20,000 nt of DNA from Euglena gracilis (GCA_039621445.1 CP154954.1:11180923-11200922), one strand, 5' to 3'; shown: positions 1-11,295, counted from the first letter of the stretch. Translations and numbers: made by a program. The notes: generated by a model not told the origin, from the sequence alone.

Positions 1-946
1 GATTGGACTGCAGAGCGGAGTGATTCCACTTCTGCAAACCACGTTTCACAGCTGACGCTACTTCGGGCGGGTCTCTCCGAGGGGATATCCCCTATGGCCG
101 GAGGGTCTCGTCCGAAAACAATTTTGTACGGTGAGTGTGGTAATACCAACCCTGGCAAGGTATTGATGTAAAATAAACACCAATGAAGAACGGATAACCA
201 ATTCTTACCCGAGTCAGCCAGTGAAAGGCGAAGCATATTGACAACGGATTTCACGGCTGCCTCGGCTCTACCATTGCCTTTCGGGCGGTATATAATGGAA
301 AAATGCTGCTCAATGCCGAGTAAACCGCACAAAGTTGTGAAAAATCGCGACGAGATCAAGTGATCTTGATCACTCACGATTTCGTGCGGTAAACCCATTA
401 AGCAGACAATTTTTCCAGGAATATGGATGCCAAAATTTGGGCTGTCAACCCTGCTTTCCGGCATGGAATGGCTACAATGTACCCACTCAGCCGACAGACG
501 ACAACAAAAACGTAATTGTAAATTTTGTCATCTGATCCTTTGCAAGGTTCAAGTTCGATAAAATCCATGCAGAGGGACGTAAAAATGTCTGGTGGTACGG
601 GGAAAACGTCCATCGTACCAGGGGGGGTACCTCTGCGCGGTTTTACAGCTTGACAAATTTGGCACCGTTGCGAAATTCGCAAACAGCGCGAATATAATTC
701 TTTTTTACTCAGGGTTGTGCATTATCTGCGACCCACTAGTGAAAGAAGTTTGGGGGCCCCAGGGTGACCATGGTTGTGATACCTCAAAATCACATCATCA
801 ACCAGGTCTTGGGGTATACAATATTTATAACCAGAAACATTCCGGAAAATAAGCCGCAATGGTGATAGAGAGTAATTCTCTATGGATTCACCATTACTAC
901 GTCTATTCACAATGGTACTATATATAGGGTCACGCGAATAACCCAT
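1..946 (-). pseudogene. pol: Integrase of copy A, disrupted, partial at the window edge
   Basis: HHCC zinc motif (YHNHGHPG...CQICQ) and catalytic D (CMDF), D (IVSDQD), E (GRAEAAV). In-frame TAA at 722-724 and frameshifts near 400 and 945, judged partly against the open homologous ORF at 18752..20000. Confidence 0.92.
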
Positions 947-3204
947 TCGCGGAAAAATAGGGGGGTATGAGTTTCCGTACGCGTAATGCGACGGGGTGCG
1001 GCAGTGCGTCCACGCCGGCGCCTTCCACGCAATGGTGAAATGGCGATGCTGCGATATACACGGGAAACGGGTAGTGAATCGAGCATATTGTCCGCAGTGT
1101 CGGATCGACGTGCGAACTGGTCAGCCTCATGGCTGCCATGAAAAGTCGCATCACCCTCATCCGGGTTCCAAGGATAATTCCAGGGGGCTCGGCTGAGAGG
1201 ATCCGCAACGTTTTGCGTGTGACCTGGGGTATAGATAACCACCAGGTGAAACTGGCTCAAGAACTCATGCCAGCGGCATCTTCTGCCAACTGATGACATG
1301 GCCTTGTTTAGGTCCTCGGTATACCAGTGTTGAAGGCTCTCATGATCCGTCAACACGCGTATCTGGACCAAGCTGCTGGCTATCCAGCTGCGGAATGTCT
1401 GGAGAATAAGCACAATGGCATATGTCTCCTTTTCGCGAATGCTCCATTTAACCTGTCCTTTCCCGTTGTCGCCCTGCAGCTTCCTGCTGAAGACAGCCAC
1501 AGGTCGGAGTTCATTCGCCGCATTATGCGGGCTAAGAACCCCGCCAACTGCGTAATCGCTGCTGTCGACTTCCAGGACATACGGTTTATATGGTTCCGCG
1601 ATATCGAGAACCACGTTCTCGAGCAGCAAGTTCTTGATTTTATTCAAGGCCTCGCGCATTTGGTCATCCCAAATGACTTTTGCGTTATCGGGTGTCCGAT
1701 TTTTGAGTTGTCGGGTTAGGGGTATCGCGATTTTCGCGAAATCTTTCATATAAACCGCGTAATATTGGGCTAATCCCAAAAATCCCTTTAAATGCGTTAA
1801 GGTCTTAATGACCACAGGAGTCCATTTCTTAATGGCATCCATCTTACTGGGTGCGGCTTTACGCTGCCCGTTGCTCAGGATGTGTCCGCAAAACTTAATA
1901 ATTTTGCGAAACAGGTGCATTTTGGAACCCTTCACAAAAAGCACATGCTTTTGGAACGCGGATAACAGCGCCCGCACATCGCGATAATGCGGTTCGAGGA
2001 TATCCTCGCCCGATTTCGCGGATGGTGGTTGGGATCCCACCAGTACATCATCGATGTACACCAGAGCAAACGGTAAAACGCGCAAAACCCACTCTATCAT
2101 GCGTTGAAACATGGCTGGGCCATTCTTATCACCCATGGGGAGTACCATCCATTGGTACACACCCTTGGATGTCACAAATGCCGTGTACGGTTGCGAATCA
2201 GGATGCAAATGCATCTGATGGAAACCGTCTTCCAGATCAAAGATTGACCACAACCGGTTATCCGATTGTCTGGTGATCAAATCCTCGATCAGCGGTAACG
2301 GGGAGGGGTCATCCCTCGTTTGGAAGTTCAGGTACCGGTAATCCAGCACTAGTCTCCACTTCTTCTGACCAGACTGGTCAGCAGGTTTGGGCACCACAAA
2401 ATCCTGTGATGTCCATTCGCTCTTGGAAGGGATAACCCACTTCCGCTGGATGAGCTTCTCAATCATCTCTTTCAGAGCTTGCTCGCGTTCACCTGAACAA
2501 CGGAAGAATTTCCGGTGCATGGGTTTAGCGCCATCCTTGAGCTCGATTTTGCAAACACCGAACGGACCGCGAATCGCGGGGTCGATGTCGCAGGCGTATA
2601 CTGGGTTATCCAGTACACCATGAAATTCGCGAGTAATTCGCGAACAGTAGTCAGCAGACTTGGGGTGTTGGTCCGCACTCTCAACGACCGCAGAAATCTG
2701 CGTTGAGGGTGTGGCATCCCAATTGGTACCAAGGTATCTTGGCACACACACATCGGATATTCCGAGTGCGTCGAAGAAACAAATGCGAAAAATGATTTGT
2801 TTAACAGGTGGTAATAATATACCACAAAAGTCCTCGAATAGTGGTACATCAGCGGGTAAATCCCACGAATGAAAACACACAGAGGATAGTTGGTGAAACC
2901 AATCTGCATTCGGACTGACAGGTATGAGGGGAGCTCGCCGCGTTTCATCGCGGGGGATTTTCTCCACCACATCCGGGATAAGTTTTGGGGGAGGGTGCAT
3001 CCAGAGGACCGTATCACCCCAAAATTTTAGAAACACGTTGGAATGTCGCGACCAATATCGTGACAAGCGCGCATGCGCTTTTGATGAAAACGCATCAATT
3101 TCCAACGACAAATCGAAGGAATCGGCCAAAACCGCCATTTTGGAGGACGATCCCTCCAAAATACGGTATTGACCAAAATTAAATGCGTTCCATACACGCA
3201 TCAC
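907..3204 (-). CDS. pol: Pol segment: methyltransferase-like domain + reverse transcriptase + RNase H (open fragment of a disrupted pol)
   Basis: RT motifs WRLVLDYRYLN, FDLEDGFHQM, MVLPMGDKNGPAMFQR, YIDDVLV, FCGHIL. Gypsy RNase H motifs LEVDSSDYAVGGVL, EKETYAIV, TDHESL, NVADPLSR. Confidence 0.95.
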   Translation of the reverse strand: MMRVWNAFNFGQYRILEGSSSKMAVLADSFDLSLEIDAFSSKAHARLSRYWSRHSNVFLKFWGDTVLWMHPPPKLIPDVVEKIPRDETRRAPLIPVSPNADWFHQLSSVCFHSWDLPADVPLFEDFCGILLPPVKQIIFRICFFDALGISDVCVPRYLGTNWDATPSTQISAVVESADQHPKSADYCSRITREFHGVLDNPVYACDIDPAIRGPFGVCKIELKDGAKPMHRKFFRCSGEREQALKEMIEKLIQRKWVIPSKSEWTSQDFVVPKPADQSGQKKWRLVLDYRYLNFQTRDDPSPLPLIEDLITRQSDNRLWSIFDLEDGFHQMHLHPDSQPYTAFVTSKGVYQWMVLPMGDKNGPAMFQRMIEWVLRVLPFALVYIDDVLVGSQPPSAKSGEDILEPHYRDVRALLSAFQKHVLFVKGSKMHLFRKIIKFCGHILSNGQRKAAPSKMDAIKKWTPVVIKTLTHLKGFLGLAQYYAVYMKDFAKIAIPLTRQLKNRTPDNAKVIWDDQMREALNKIKNLLLENVVLDIAEPYKPYVLEVDSSDYAVGGVLSPHNAANELRPVAVFSRKLQGDNGKGQVKWSIREKETYAIVLILQTFRSWIASSLVQIRVLTDHESLQHWYTEDLNKAMSSVGRRCRWHEFLSQFHLVVIYTPGHTQNVADPLSRAPWNYPWNPDEGDATFHGSHEADQFARRSDTADNMLDSLPVSRVYRSIAISPLRGRRRRGRTAAPRRITRTETHTPLFFREWVIRVTLYIVPL
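2767..3171 (-). other. Dam/N6-adenine DNA methyltransferase-like domain inside Pol, N-terminal to RT
   Basis: IDAFSSKAHARLSRYWS...NVFLKFWGDTVLWMHPPPKLIPDVVEKI..DE....LIPVSPNADWFHQL follows the spacing of the phage-Dam/DIRS MT pattern (D-x-F-A-S..N...Y/F-x-S...DAF...W....NPP(Y/F/W)..I..V+.K......++P.W....W). The catalytic NPPY-type motif reads HPPP here. Confidence 0.75.
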
Positions 3205-4600
3205 GTACGTGTCGACCTGGTTCGTGGCAATTCAGGGATCCGCAAACATAAGTCAAGGGTGTGTTATCCACACTCCCTAGGGGCATTCCCAAGGGTTGAT
3301 GGGTTGGATGGGTTAATACCCAGTCCGTATCATGCGAGATGGAGGTGGGGGAGGTGTGTGACACGGATTTCGCGGTCCCAAACAACAAGGCAATACCTCG
3401 TTGTTGGAGCACTTGATGTACGGTCGCACATTGCGATCCGCAACCAAGTGTATGGTTACGCGAAATCGGGATTAGTGTTGGTGTTTGGACTAGACATCCA
3501 CAATCGAAATCTGTCTGGGCAGAAATTCTCCTTCAGTGCACACATTGGAAGGTAGTGTCGGAGTAGTGGTCCTGGTCGCGCATGTTGGTCTGGTGGGTGT
3601 GTGTGTAAAAGTTGGAATGCGCTCTTGTAGCTGCTGGGGGCTGTACAGATGTATCTGAAAGCGATACATCTGGTGGAAAACGGGGTGTTGGTGCAGCTGG
3701 GCGACTACTGGACACCGTACGTACTTCGGGCCTTTGGGCTTTCGTCTTGTAACCCAGTGGAACGAGGGGGGTACCGCTACTCGCTTGCCCTGCCTCATGG
3801 GGAACGGACGTTGGTGTGTCAATGGGCAGGGGGTGAACTTTCTCGGTACACCCGGTGTGGAAAACGTTGGTTGGTGTGGTTGGTAACGGGGTAAAAAATT
3901 TTGAAAACGGTGTGAAAAAATTGGTGGTCGTCGCGGTTGACGCCACAGGTGCTGAAGGTTTGAAGGGCAATGAAGAGAATGGTGATGTGCGCAAACCGTG
4001 GCAGTGGCAATCCACTACCAGCCGGTGCTGACGTGAAAAGGGGTATCCCAGAATTACGTCAGAACCATGGATTCCGGATTAGGATCCCCAGGTGTCCGGA
4101 AAATTTTGTGGTTGGGGGGGGTGTGAGTGGTGCTTGGGGATGAGGGGTAGGACAATGTCGAAAAAGCATCCCAAGTCACCACCACACATGGGGGTGTTGT
4201 CAGCCGTCGTAATTTTGCTCGGATTCTTGGCTTTCACCAAGAGGGGGGTTGGTATCAACCCGAACCGAAAAAGTAGTGCAATGCGACAACCAGTGTCAAT
4301 GATAATTCTGACTTTTGCACAAAAATTTTGTATTTTGGTTTCCGCTTGGACCAAAAGTTCCATGGGGGGTAAGCAAAGTGAAGGGTCTGGCGAAAATAAG
4401 TTTTCTTACCAGCTTTCCCACCAACCCTTTCCTACTTTGCACAACATTCCGAGCAAAAAGTTGGAGTGGGGGGTGGGGGACCCGAAAATTTCCCGGGTAC
4501 CGACCAGAAAGGCAGATGGGCAGGGGCGGCAGGGTTGATGAGGTCCTACATCCATCTGTTCACCAGCCCAGAGGTCCGTGCCCTCGGACCTCGGGCTCCC
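3179..4600 (-). pseudogene. pol: 5' pol of copy A: aspartic protease plus Pro/Thr-rich linker, disrupted
   Basis: IIDTGCRIAL active-site motif and GIHGSDVILGYP motif. TAA at 4079-4081 (GAA in copy B), TGA at 3533-3535, and a frameshift near 3200. Confidence 0.85.
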
Positions 4601-4603
4601 CTA
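4565..4603 (-). promoter_or_regulatory. gag TAG plus 3' stem-loop (candidate readthrough signal), copy A
   Basis: Minus strand reads TAG GGG AGCCC GAGGTCCG AGGGCA CGGACCTC T GGGCT. The frame after the TAG continues into the protease. Confidence 0.7.
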
Positions 4604-5719
4604 CTCCAGGTCCGAACCGGCCGAATAGCCGGCTATGGGCCTTTTAGAGGTGTAAACGGATTTCAACGTGCGCACTGCCATGCGGGCACCGGCTGACCTA
4701 CCCCGAGGGGTACTGTGTTTCCGCTCATCGCGGAACGGGATTCGGGAGCTAATACCACCGGAACGGGGACCCGATGACCGTGAATTGCCTGATTGGCGTG
4801 AAAATGCGGAGGAACCCGAACCCCGTGAAGATGTCGAGCCTCGCGGACTCTTAATACGCTTACGCGCTTCAGGATTAGGACATTCCCGAGACATATGTCC
4901 CGCTTTGTTGCACAAAAAGCGCACGTTATCCGTGGCTTGGTCCGAAGAACGCGGATATCGCGTTTTCGATCCGGTGGTAGGTGAAGTGGGTGAAACCGGT
5001 GATTTTTGCAATGCGTTCACCGAACCAGCCGGTAATCCACCGGTTGGGTGTGCGTTATACGCGGATTGAATCTGACCAAGAAGCTGTGATAGCTTCAACT
5101 GCTTGGAAACGTAATTCCAGCGTTGGTCAAGAGGCATTGGATGACTCGCCAACTCCTCACGGTGGATATCCTTGATGAGGCTAGGCGTGAAATGCAGGAG
5201 AACAGCATCAAACTGTTCGCGCACTTGCTTTTCACTGAGTTCATCCACTTCAGCGGCAAGTCCTAACCATTTGGCATACCAAAGGTCAATGGACTTCCAC
5301 TTGCGGTCGGGTGGGGCGCATTGCCGCCACTTGGTCTCCAGGGTAATCCTAGCGACCAAACTTGAACTGGTGGAAGCGTATTGCTCCACCAGGTCATCAA
5401 AGGAAACGCGGTAGCTAATAACGAGTTGTCGCGCGCGTTCCTTCTCATCCCTTGGGAGGCAATCGATGAAGTCCATCTTGATCACCTCCGGGTTTGTGTC
5501 CTGGGTTGGCCCTTTCATTGCCCAGTAGTACTCCCAGTCCCGGAAAAACTGTCTCCATGTGGTTGGATCACCGTCCCATTGGGGTTTCACCTTATTCGCG
5601 ATTGCGATGGTGCCCTTGAAGTCTTTCTGAACAACCCAATGACCCTCGGTGGTATTCCGCGGTTTTGGGCCTGGGTACGCTCGAGCACCAAGCGTATCCT
5701 TTCCGGATTCCTGTCGGAA
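4601..5719 (-). CDS. gag: Gag core of copy A (capsid-like region, degenerate CCHC knuckle, Ser/Arg-rich tail with a 411-bp internal deletion)
   Basis: KPQWDGDPTTWRQFFRDWEYYW retrotransposon-gag-like start and RFLCNKAGHMSRECP knuckle (first Cys intact in copy B). Lies directly upstream of the protease. No ATG precedes the capsid-like start. Confidence 0.85.
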   Translation of the reverse strand, partial: FRQESGKDTLGARAYPGPKPRNTTEGHWVVQKDFKGTIAIANKVKPQWDGDPTTWRQFFRDWEYYWAMKGPTQDTNPEVIKMDFIDCLPRDEKERARQLVISYRVSFDDLVEQYASTSSSLVARITLETKWRQCAPPDRKWKSIDLWYAKWLGLAAEVDELSEKQVREQFDAVLLHFTPSLIKDIHREELASHPMPLDQRWNYVSKQLKLSQLLGQIQSAYNAHPTGGLPAGSVNALQKSPVSPTSPTTGSKTRYPRSSDQATDNVRFLCNKAGHMSRECPNPEARKRIKSPRGSTSSRGSGSSAFSRQSGNSRSSGPRSGGISSRIPFRDERKHSTPRGRSAGARMAVRTLKSVYTSKRPIAGYSAGSDLE

Positions 5720-7590
5720 TCACGAGATTTCTGGTGAAGGTGAATCCTGGTACCGGAAATACGGTCGCAAACCCTGTTGGTCACCCGTAATACGGGGACT
5801 CTCCGGTGTGAGGGTATGTGGCGCATGCAACGTGTGGCCCACTCCCGGTGTACGGGTTTGGCTCATTCCTAGCACAAGCATGGAATGATGGATTTCATGG
5901 TGGAGACTTGGCGGAATCGCCGTGTTTTCCGCAAATTCGGTTCCCGTAATTGGAAATTCATCCGAAAACTAGGTTTGGGTTGTGGGCAAGGCCAATGGTG
6001 GCACATTTCGCGGAATCGCGGATTGTGACACTCGGGATACGGGTGGTGATTTGGCGCAACTTCGGCAATGCATACTGCCGAATTGCGGTGTGAAACCCGC
6101 TGTTGGTTGGACACATTATCCAAACCCACAGACAAGTCATGCACACTTTGCTCCAAATGCTCAACGAGTTGGAGTTGGTCGCAAATATGGTCAATTTCAT
6201 CCTCCAAAACGCGAATACGCTTGCGGTAACGGGAAAAGTCATCCAAGTGCGGAATCCTTTCGGAAATTACGGTAACATCTTGGACAAGCTTCCCGTGAGA
6301 CTTATCCAATGATTGGAGTTGTCCCATTAATGCTTTTACAGCATTTGACAGAATCTGCAAAGGTGATGTTACCTTGGTTGGTGTGGTGGTGGGTGCCACC
6401 GGTGCAGGGTTATCCGACAACGCGGTTGTGGTACCCACGGCAAATTTCCGGGTTGTGGTTTATCCAAAAACGCGGAAATTCGCTCATCCAACCTGGTGAT
6501 CTCACTTAGCGTGGATCAGGCGTTCCGATTCACCGATTCCTCGGTGGGAAAGTGCGGAATTGCTTTGTTGCAAACCCACAATGGCCGAGTTAATCCCGCC
6601 AATGTCGGATTGCAACTGCAACTGCAGAGAATCCTGCCGTTGTGCTACTTCCGCTACTTTCGCGCTCAGATTGGACAATCCAACGTGATTCGCGTCACAA
6701 TAGCAGGTTTTCTGATCCAAGCGGGAAAGTCGCTCCTCCAACTGCCGCACATACGTGTGGGGAGCAAAATTCTCGTTGGCTTGTGACTGGAATTGCCGAA
6801 ACGTTTCCGTTTCATCGCACAACTGCATAATGCGGTGTTGCAATTCATGGAAAGTTGCGGACAATGTGGTGAAATGGTCCATAGACACAAATCCACCACT
6901 GCTGGATGTTGCAGACGAGAAATCTCGTGCATGCAACTGTTGTTGCAAATGCAACAACGAGGAGGAACGGGACTCCATTTGTCCCGATAACTGTCGTAGT
7001 GAGTCATGCAAGTGCAGAAACTTGGAGTCATTCCGCGTTTCCGCTTCATGCATGCATTCACTAATTTGCCGGAAGTTTTGCGGGAGTTGTTGGCACATTT
7101 TGTCAAAGGTTTCCCGAAAGTTTGCAAGGTCAATACCCGCACTTTCGAAATTCCTCTGGCAATATTTGCCAACTTCCTGCAAGTAATTCCAGCAGTATTC
7201 CAGCTTGGTTAAGACATGTTTTTGGTTGTCCTCATCAAACTGGAGCACTTTGTTGAGTGCGGTTGCACAATCTGCAACGCATTGTTGCACATGGTTGAAC
7301 TGCCTCACAAGGGGGTGATCCCCGGGAAGCCGAGCAACGATATCCTGCACATCCTCAGCAGTGAGGAGCTCCACAGTGCCCTTCCCATAGCCATCCATGT
7401 GTTGGGACGTACCAGAGTATTCTGGTACCACTAGGCGAGTCTCCGGTTGCCAAGGTAGTGCGGGATAGCACCCAAGATCGGGTGGTGGTGGCAAAGCTCT
7501 GTAAGGGCTTGCCGGTGGACGAACGGGTGGTGGTTGAAAGAAACACGGGGTTTCCAACCCACCATCACCAGAGAAGCCCGGTGGCGGAAT
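5720..7590 (-). pseudogene. ORF0 or N-terminal Gag extension of copy A (coiled-coil-like), disrupted by deletions
   Basis: ORFs 6502..7593 and 5869..6438 are Q/L/E/S-rich with heptad-like runs (VRQLEERLSRLDQK; RIRVLEDEIDHICDQLQLVEHLEQSVHDL). The frame leads to TGA 5720-5722 in the gag frame. Confidence 0.7.
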
Positions 7591-7591
7591 C

Positions 7592-9728
7592 ACTCAGCCA
7601 CCGGGCTTCTCTGGTGATGGTGGGCTGGAAACCCGGTGTTTCTTTCAAACACCACCCGTTCGTCCACCGGCAAGCCCTTACAGAGCTTTGCCACCACCAC
7701 CCGATATTGGGTGCTATCCCGCACTACCTTGGCAACCGGATACTCGCCTAGTAGTACCAGAATTCTCTGGTACGTTCCAACCCATGGATGGCTATGGGAA
7801 GGGCACTGGGGAGCTCCTCACTGCTGGGGATATGCAGGATATCGTTGCTCGGCTTCCGGGGGATCACCCTCTTGTGAGGCAGTTCAACCATGTGCAACAA
7901 TGTGTTGCAGATTGTGCAACCGCACTCAACAAAGTGCTCCAGTTTGATGAGGACACCCAAAAACATGTCTTCACCAAGCTGGAATACTGCTGGAATAACT
8001 TGCAGGAAGTTGGCAAATATTGCCAGAGGAATTTCGAAAGTGCGGGTATTGACCTTGCAAACTTTCGGGAAACCTTTGACAAAATACGCCAACAACTCCC
8101 GCAAAACTTCCGGCTAATTAGTGAATGCATGCATGAAGCGGAAACGCGGAATGACTCCAAGTTTCTGCACTTGCATGTCTCACTACACCAGTTATCGGGA
8201 CAAATGGAGTCCTGTTCATCCGCGTTGTTGCATTTGCAACAACAGTTGCATGCACGAAATTCCTCGTCTGCAACATCCAGCACTGGTTGATTTGTGTCTA
8301 TGGACCATTTCACCACATTGTCCGCAACTTTCCATGAATCGCAACACCGCATTATGCAGTTGTGCGATGAAACGGAAAAGTTTCGGCAATTCCAGTCACA
8401 AGCCAACGAGAATTTTGCTCCCCACACGTATGTGCGGCAGTTGGAGGAGCGACTTTCCCGCTTGGATAAGAAAACCTGCTATTGTGACGCAAATCAGGTT
8501 GGATTAGCCAATCTGAGCGCGAAAGTCGCAGAAGTAGCACAACGGCAGGATTCCCTGCAGTTGCAGTTGCAATCCGACATTGGCGGGATTAAATCGGCCA
8601 TTGCGGGTTTGCAACAAAGCTATTCCGCACTTTCCCACCGAGTTCCGGACATTAGCGGTATTCAGACTGCCATTGTGGAACTTGAGACCGGTATGCATCG
8701 GTGTCTACCAAAGTGACGGAAATGCAGTCTTTGCCTGCAGGTAATCCGGGAACCCTGATTACCGAGAACCCTGATTTCAAGGCATTTTATGACAACATGC
8801 TCACTGACAATCAGGAAACCTTGCAAGATTTCTCCAACACAGCCTATTACGGCTTGAGGAATCGGTGAATCGGAATGCCCGATCCACGCAAGGTGAGATT
8901 ACCAGGTTGGATGAGCGAATTTCCGCGTTTTTGGATAAGCCACCACCCGGAAATTTGCACGTGGGTACCACAACCGCGTTGTCGGATAACCCTGCACCGG
9001 TTGCACCCCCACCACACCAACCAAGGTAACATCACCTTTGCAGACTCTGTCAAATGCTGTAAAAGCACTAATGGGACAACTCCAAATATTGGATGAGTCT
9101 CACGGGAACCTTGTCCAAGATCTTACCGTAATTTCCGAAAGGATTCCGCACTTGGATGACTTTTCCCGTTACCGCAAGCGTATTCGCGCTTTGGAGGATG
9201 AAGTTGACCGTATTTGCGGCCAACTCCAACTCGTTGAGCATTTGGAGCAAAGTGTGCATGACTTGTCTGTGGTTTTGGATAATGTGTCCAACCAACAGCG
9301 GGTTTCACACCGCAAATCGGCAGTATGTATTGCCAAAGATGCCTCAAATGTTCCAGAGTCGCGTTTCCATAACCCGGCTCTGGGTGCACATGCACCACCA
9401 CCACCCGTGTCCCGATTGTCACAACCCGCGAGTCCGCGAATTGTGCCACCATTGGCCTTGCCCACAACCCAAACCCAGTTTTCGGATGAATTTCCCATTA
9501 CGGGAACCGAATTTTCAGAAAAAAACGCCGATTCCGCCAAGTCTCCACCAAGAAATACAGCATTCCATGCTTGTGCGTGGAATGAGCCAAACCCGTACAC
9601 CGGGAGTGGGTCACATGTTGCATGCGCGACATACCCCTACACCGGAGAGTCCCCGTATTACGGGTGACCAACAGGGTTTGCGACCGTATTTCCGGTACCA
9701 GGATTCACCTTCACCAGAAATCTCGTGA
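7592..9728 (+). pseudogene. ORF0 or N-terminal Gag extension of copy B
   Basis: Fragments 7688..8290, 8294..8716, 9038..9667 and the tail of 9156..9728 join through a stop (TGA 8288-8290, GGA in copy A) and small frameshifts. Ends at TGA 9726-9728. Confidence 0.7.
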
Positions 9729-11259
9729 TTCTGACAGGAATCCGGAAAGGAGACGCTTGGTGCTCGAGCGTACCCAGGCCCAAAACCGCGGAATACCACC
9801 GAGGGTCATTGGGTTTCTCAGAAAGACTTCAAGGGCACCATCGCAATCGCGAAAAGGGTGAAACCCCAATGGGACGGTGATCCAACCACATGGAGACAGT
9901 TTTTCCGGGACTTGGAGTACTACTGGGCATTAAAAGGGCCAACCCAGGACACAAACCCGGAGGTGATCAAGATGGAATTCATCGATTGCCTCCCTAGGGA
10001 TGAGAAGGAGCGCGCACGACAACTCGTGATTCGCTACCGCGTTTCCTTTGATGACGTGGTGGAGCAATACGCTTCCACCAGTTCAAGTTTGGTCGCTAGG
10101 ATTACCCTAGAGACCAAGTGGCGGCAATGCGCCCCACCCGATCGCAAGTGGAAGTCCATTGACCTTTGGTATGCCAAATGGTTAGGACTTGCCGCTGAAG
10201 TGGATGAACTCAGTGAAAAGCAAATGCGCGAACAGTTTGATGCTGTTCTCCTGCACTTAACGCCTAGCCTCATCAAGGATATGCACCGTGAGGAGTTGGC
10301 GAGTCATCCAATGACTCTTGACCAACGCTGGAACTACGTTTCCAAGCAATTGAAGCTATCACAGCTTCTTGGTCAGATTCAATCCGTGTATAACACACAC
10401 CCAACCGCTGGATTACCAGCTGGTTCGGTGAACGCATTCCAAAAATAGCAGGTTTCACCCACTTCACCAAACACGGGATCGAAAACGCGATACCCGCGTT
10501 CTTCGGACCAAGCCACGGATAAAGTGTGCTTTTTGTGCAACAAAGCGGGACATATGTCTCGGGAATGTCCTAATCCTGATGCGTGTAAGCGTATTCAGAG
10601 TCCGCGAGGCTCGACCTCATCACGAGGTTCGGGTTCCTCCGCATTTTCACGCCAATCTGGCACTTCACGGTCATCGGGTCCCCGTTCCGGTGGTATTAGC
10701 CCCCGGATCCCGTTCTGCGATGAGCGGAAACATGGTAACCCCTCGGGGTAAGTCACCCGGTGCCCCGGCCAAGAAGCGTGATTCTCATCGCGAGACATCG
10801 CGATCGCGTTCGCGAATCGGATCATCTTCTTCGCGATCCTCATCGGGAAAACCCCGATACACCGGTCATGGTCGACGGGATATCCGGTCACCACGACGGT
10901 TTGACGGGAAATCGGGAAACCGATCCCCCCGTTACCCAGAATCGCGACACAAATCTCGGTGTTCGCTTTGTGGATCGAGTGATCACCACTCATCCAAATG
11001 ACTGCGTTCTCGTTCTCCCCGCCCTGGCCAACGTCACCGCGGTATGAACCGCGGTGACAAGTGTCACTCCTCCAACCGCCATAAAGTCGGTTTCAAGATA
11101 TCTTGTTTGGAGGATGACACCCCGGCTTCGGGCAGGGAGGGGGATGAGACCACGGATACCGATTTCGACGAGGCCCGCATGGCGGTGCGCACGTTGAAAG
11201 CCGTGTATACCTCTAAAAGGCCCATAGCCGGCTATTCGGCCGGTTCGGACCTGGAGTAG
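9729..11259 (+). pseudogene. gag: Gag core of copy B with two CCHC knuckles separated by an Arg/Ser-rich tract
   Basis: CFLCNKAGHMSREC (~10527) and CSLCGSSDHHSSK* (~10960-11001, last Cys position is TGA). TAG at 10446-10448 and a frameshift near 10738. Confidence 0.88.
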
Positions 11260-11295
11260 GGGAGCCCGAGGTCCGAGAGCACGGACCTCTGGGCT
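11257..11295 (+). promoter_or_regulatory. gag TAG plus 3' stem-loop (candidate readthrough signal), copy B
   Basis: TAG 11257-11259, then GGG, then a 13-bp stem 11263-11275/11282-11295 with one bulge and loop AGAGCA. Open and in frame with ORF 11305..(protease). Confidence 0.72.

Larger units (their letters stand above)
1..7590 (-). mobile_element. Ty3/Gypsy-like LTR retrotransposon copy A (5'-truncated at the palindrome centre, runs off the left edge, degenerate)
   Basis: Order on the minus strand is Gag (zinc knuckle), protease (DTG), RT (YIDD), RNase H, integrase. Integrase after RT/RH is the Ty3/Gypsy arrangement. Confidence 0.95.

Noticed and set aside
907-3204. DIRS, retron or other prokaryotic RT system suggested by the MTase-like plus RT pairing
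   Set aside because: Protease, Gypsy-type RNase H, DDE integrase, chromodomain and PPT/LTR define a Ty3/Gypsy element. No tyrosine recombinase is seen.
7561-7620. Palindrome as a simple sequencing or amplification fold-back artefact
   Set aside because: The arms differ by roughly 5% substitutions and three large indels, whereas a single-template fold-back would give near-identical arms. Spanning reads are still needed to exclude misassembly.
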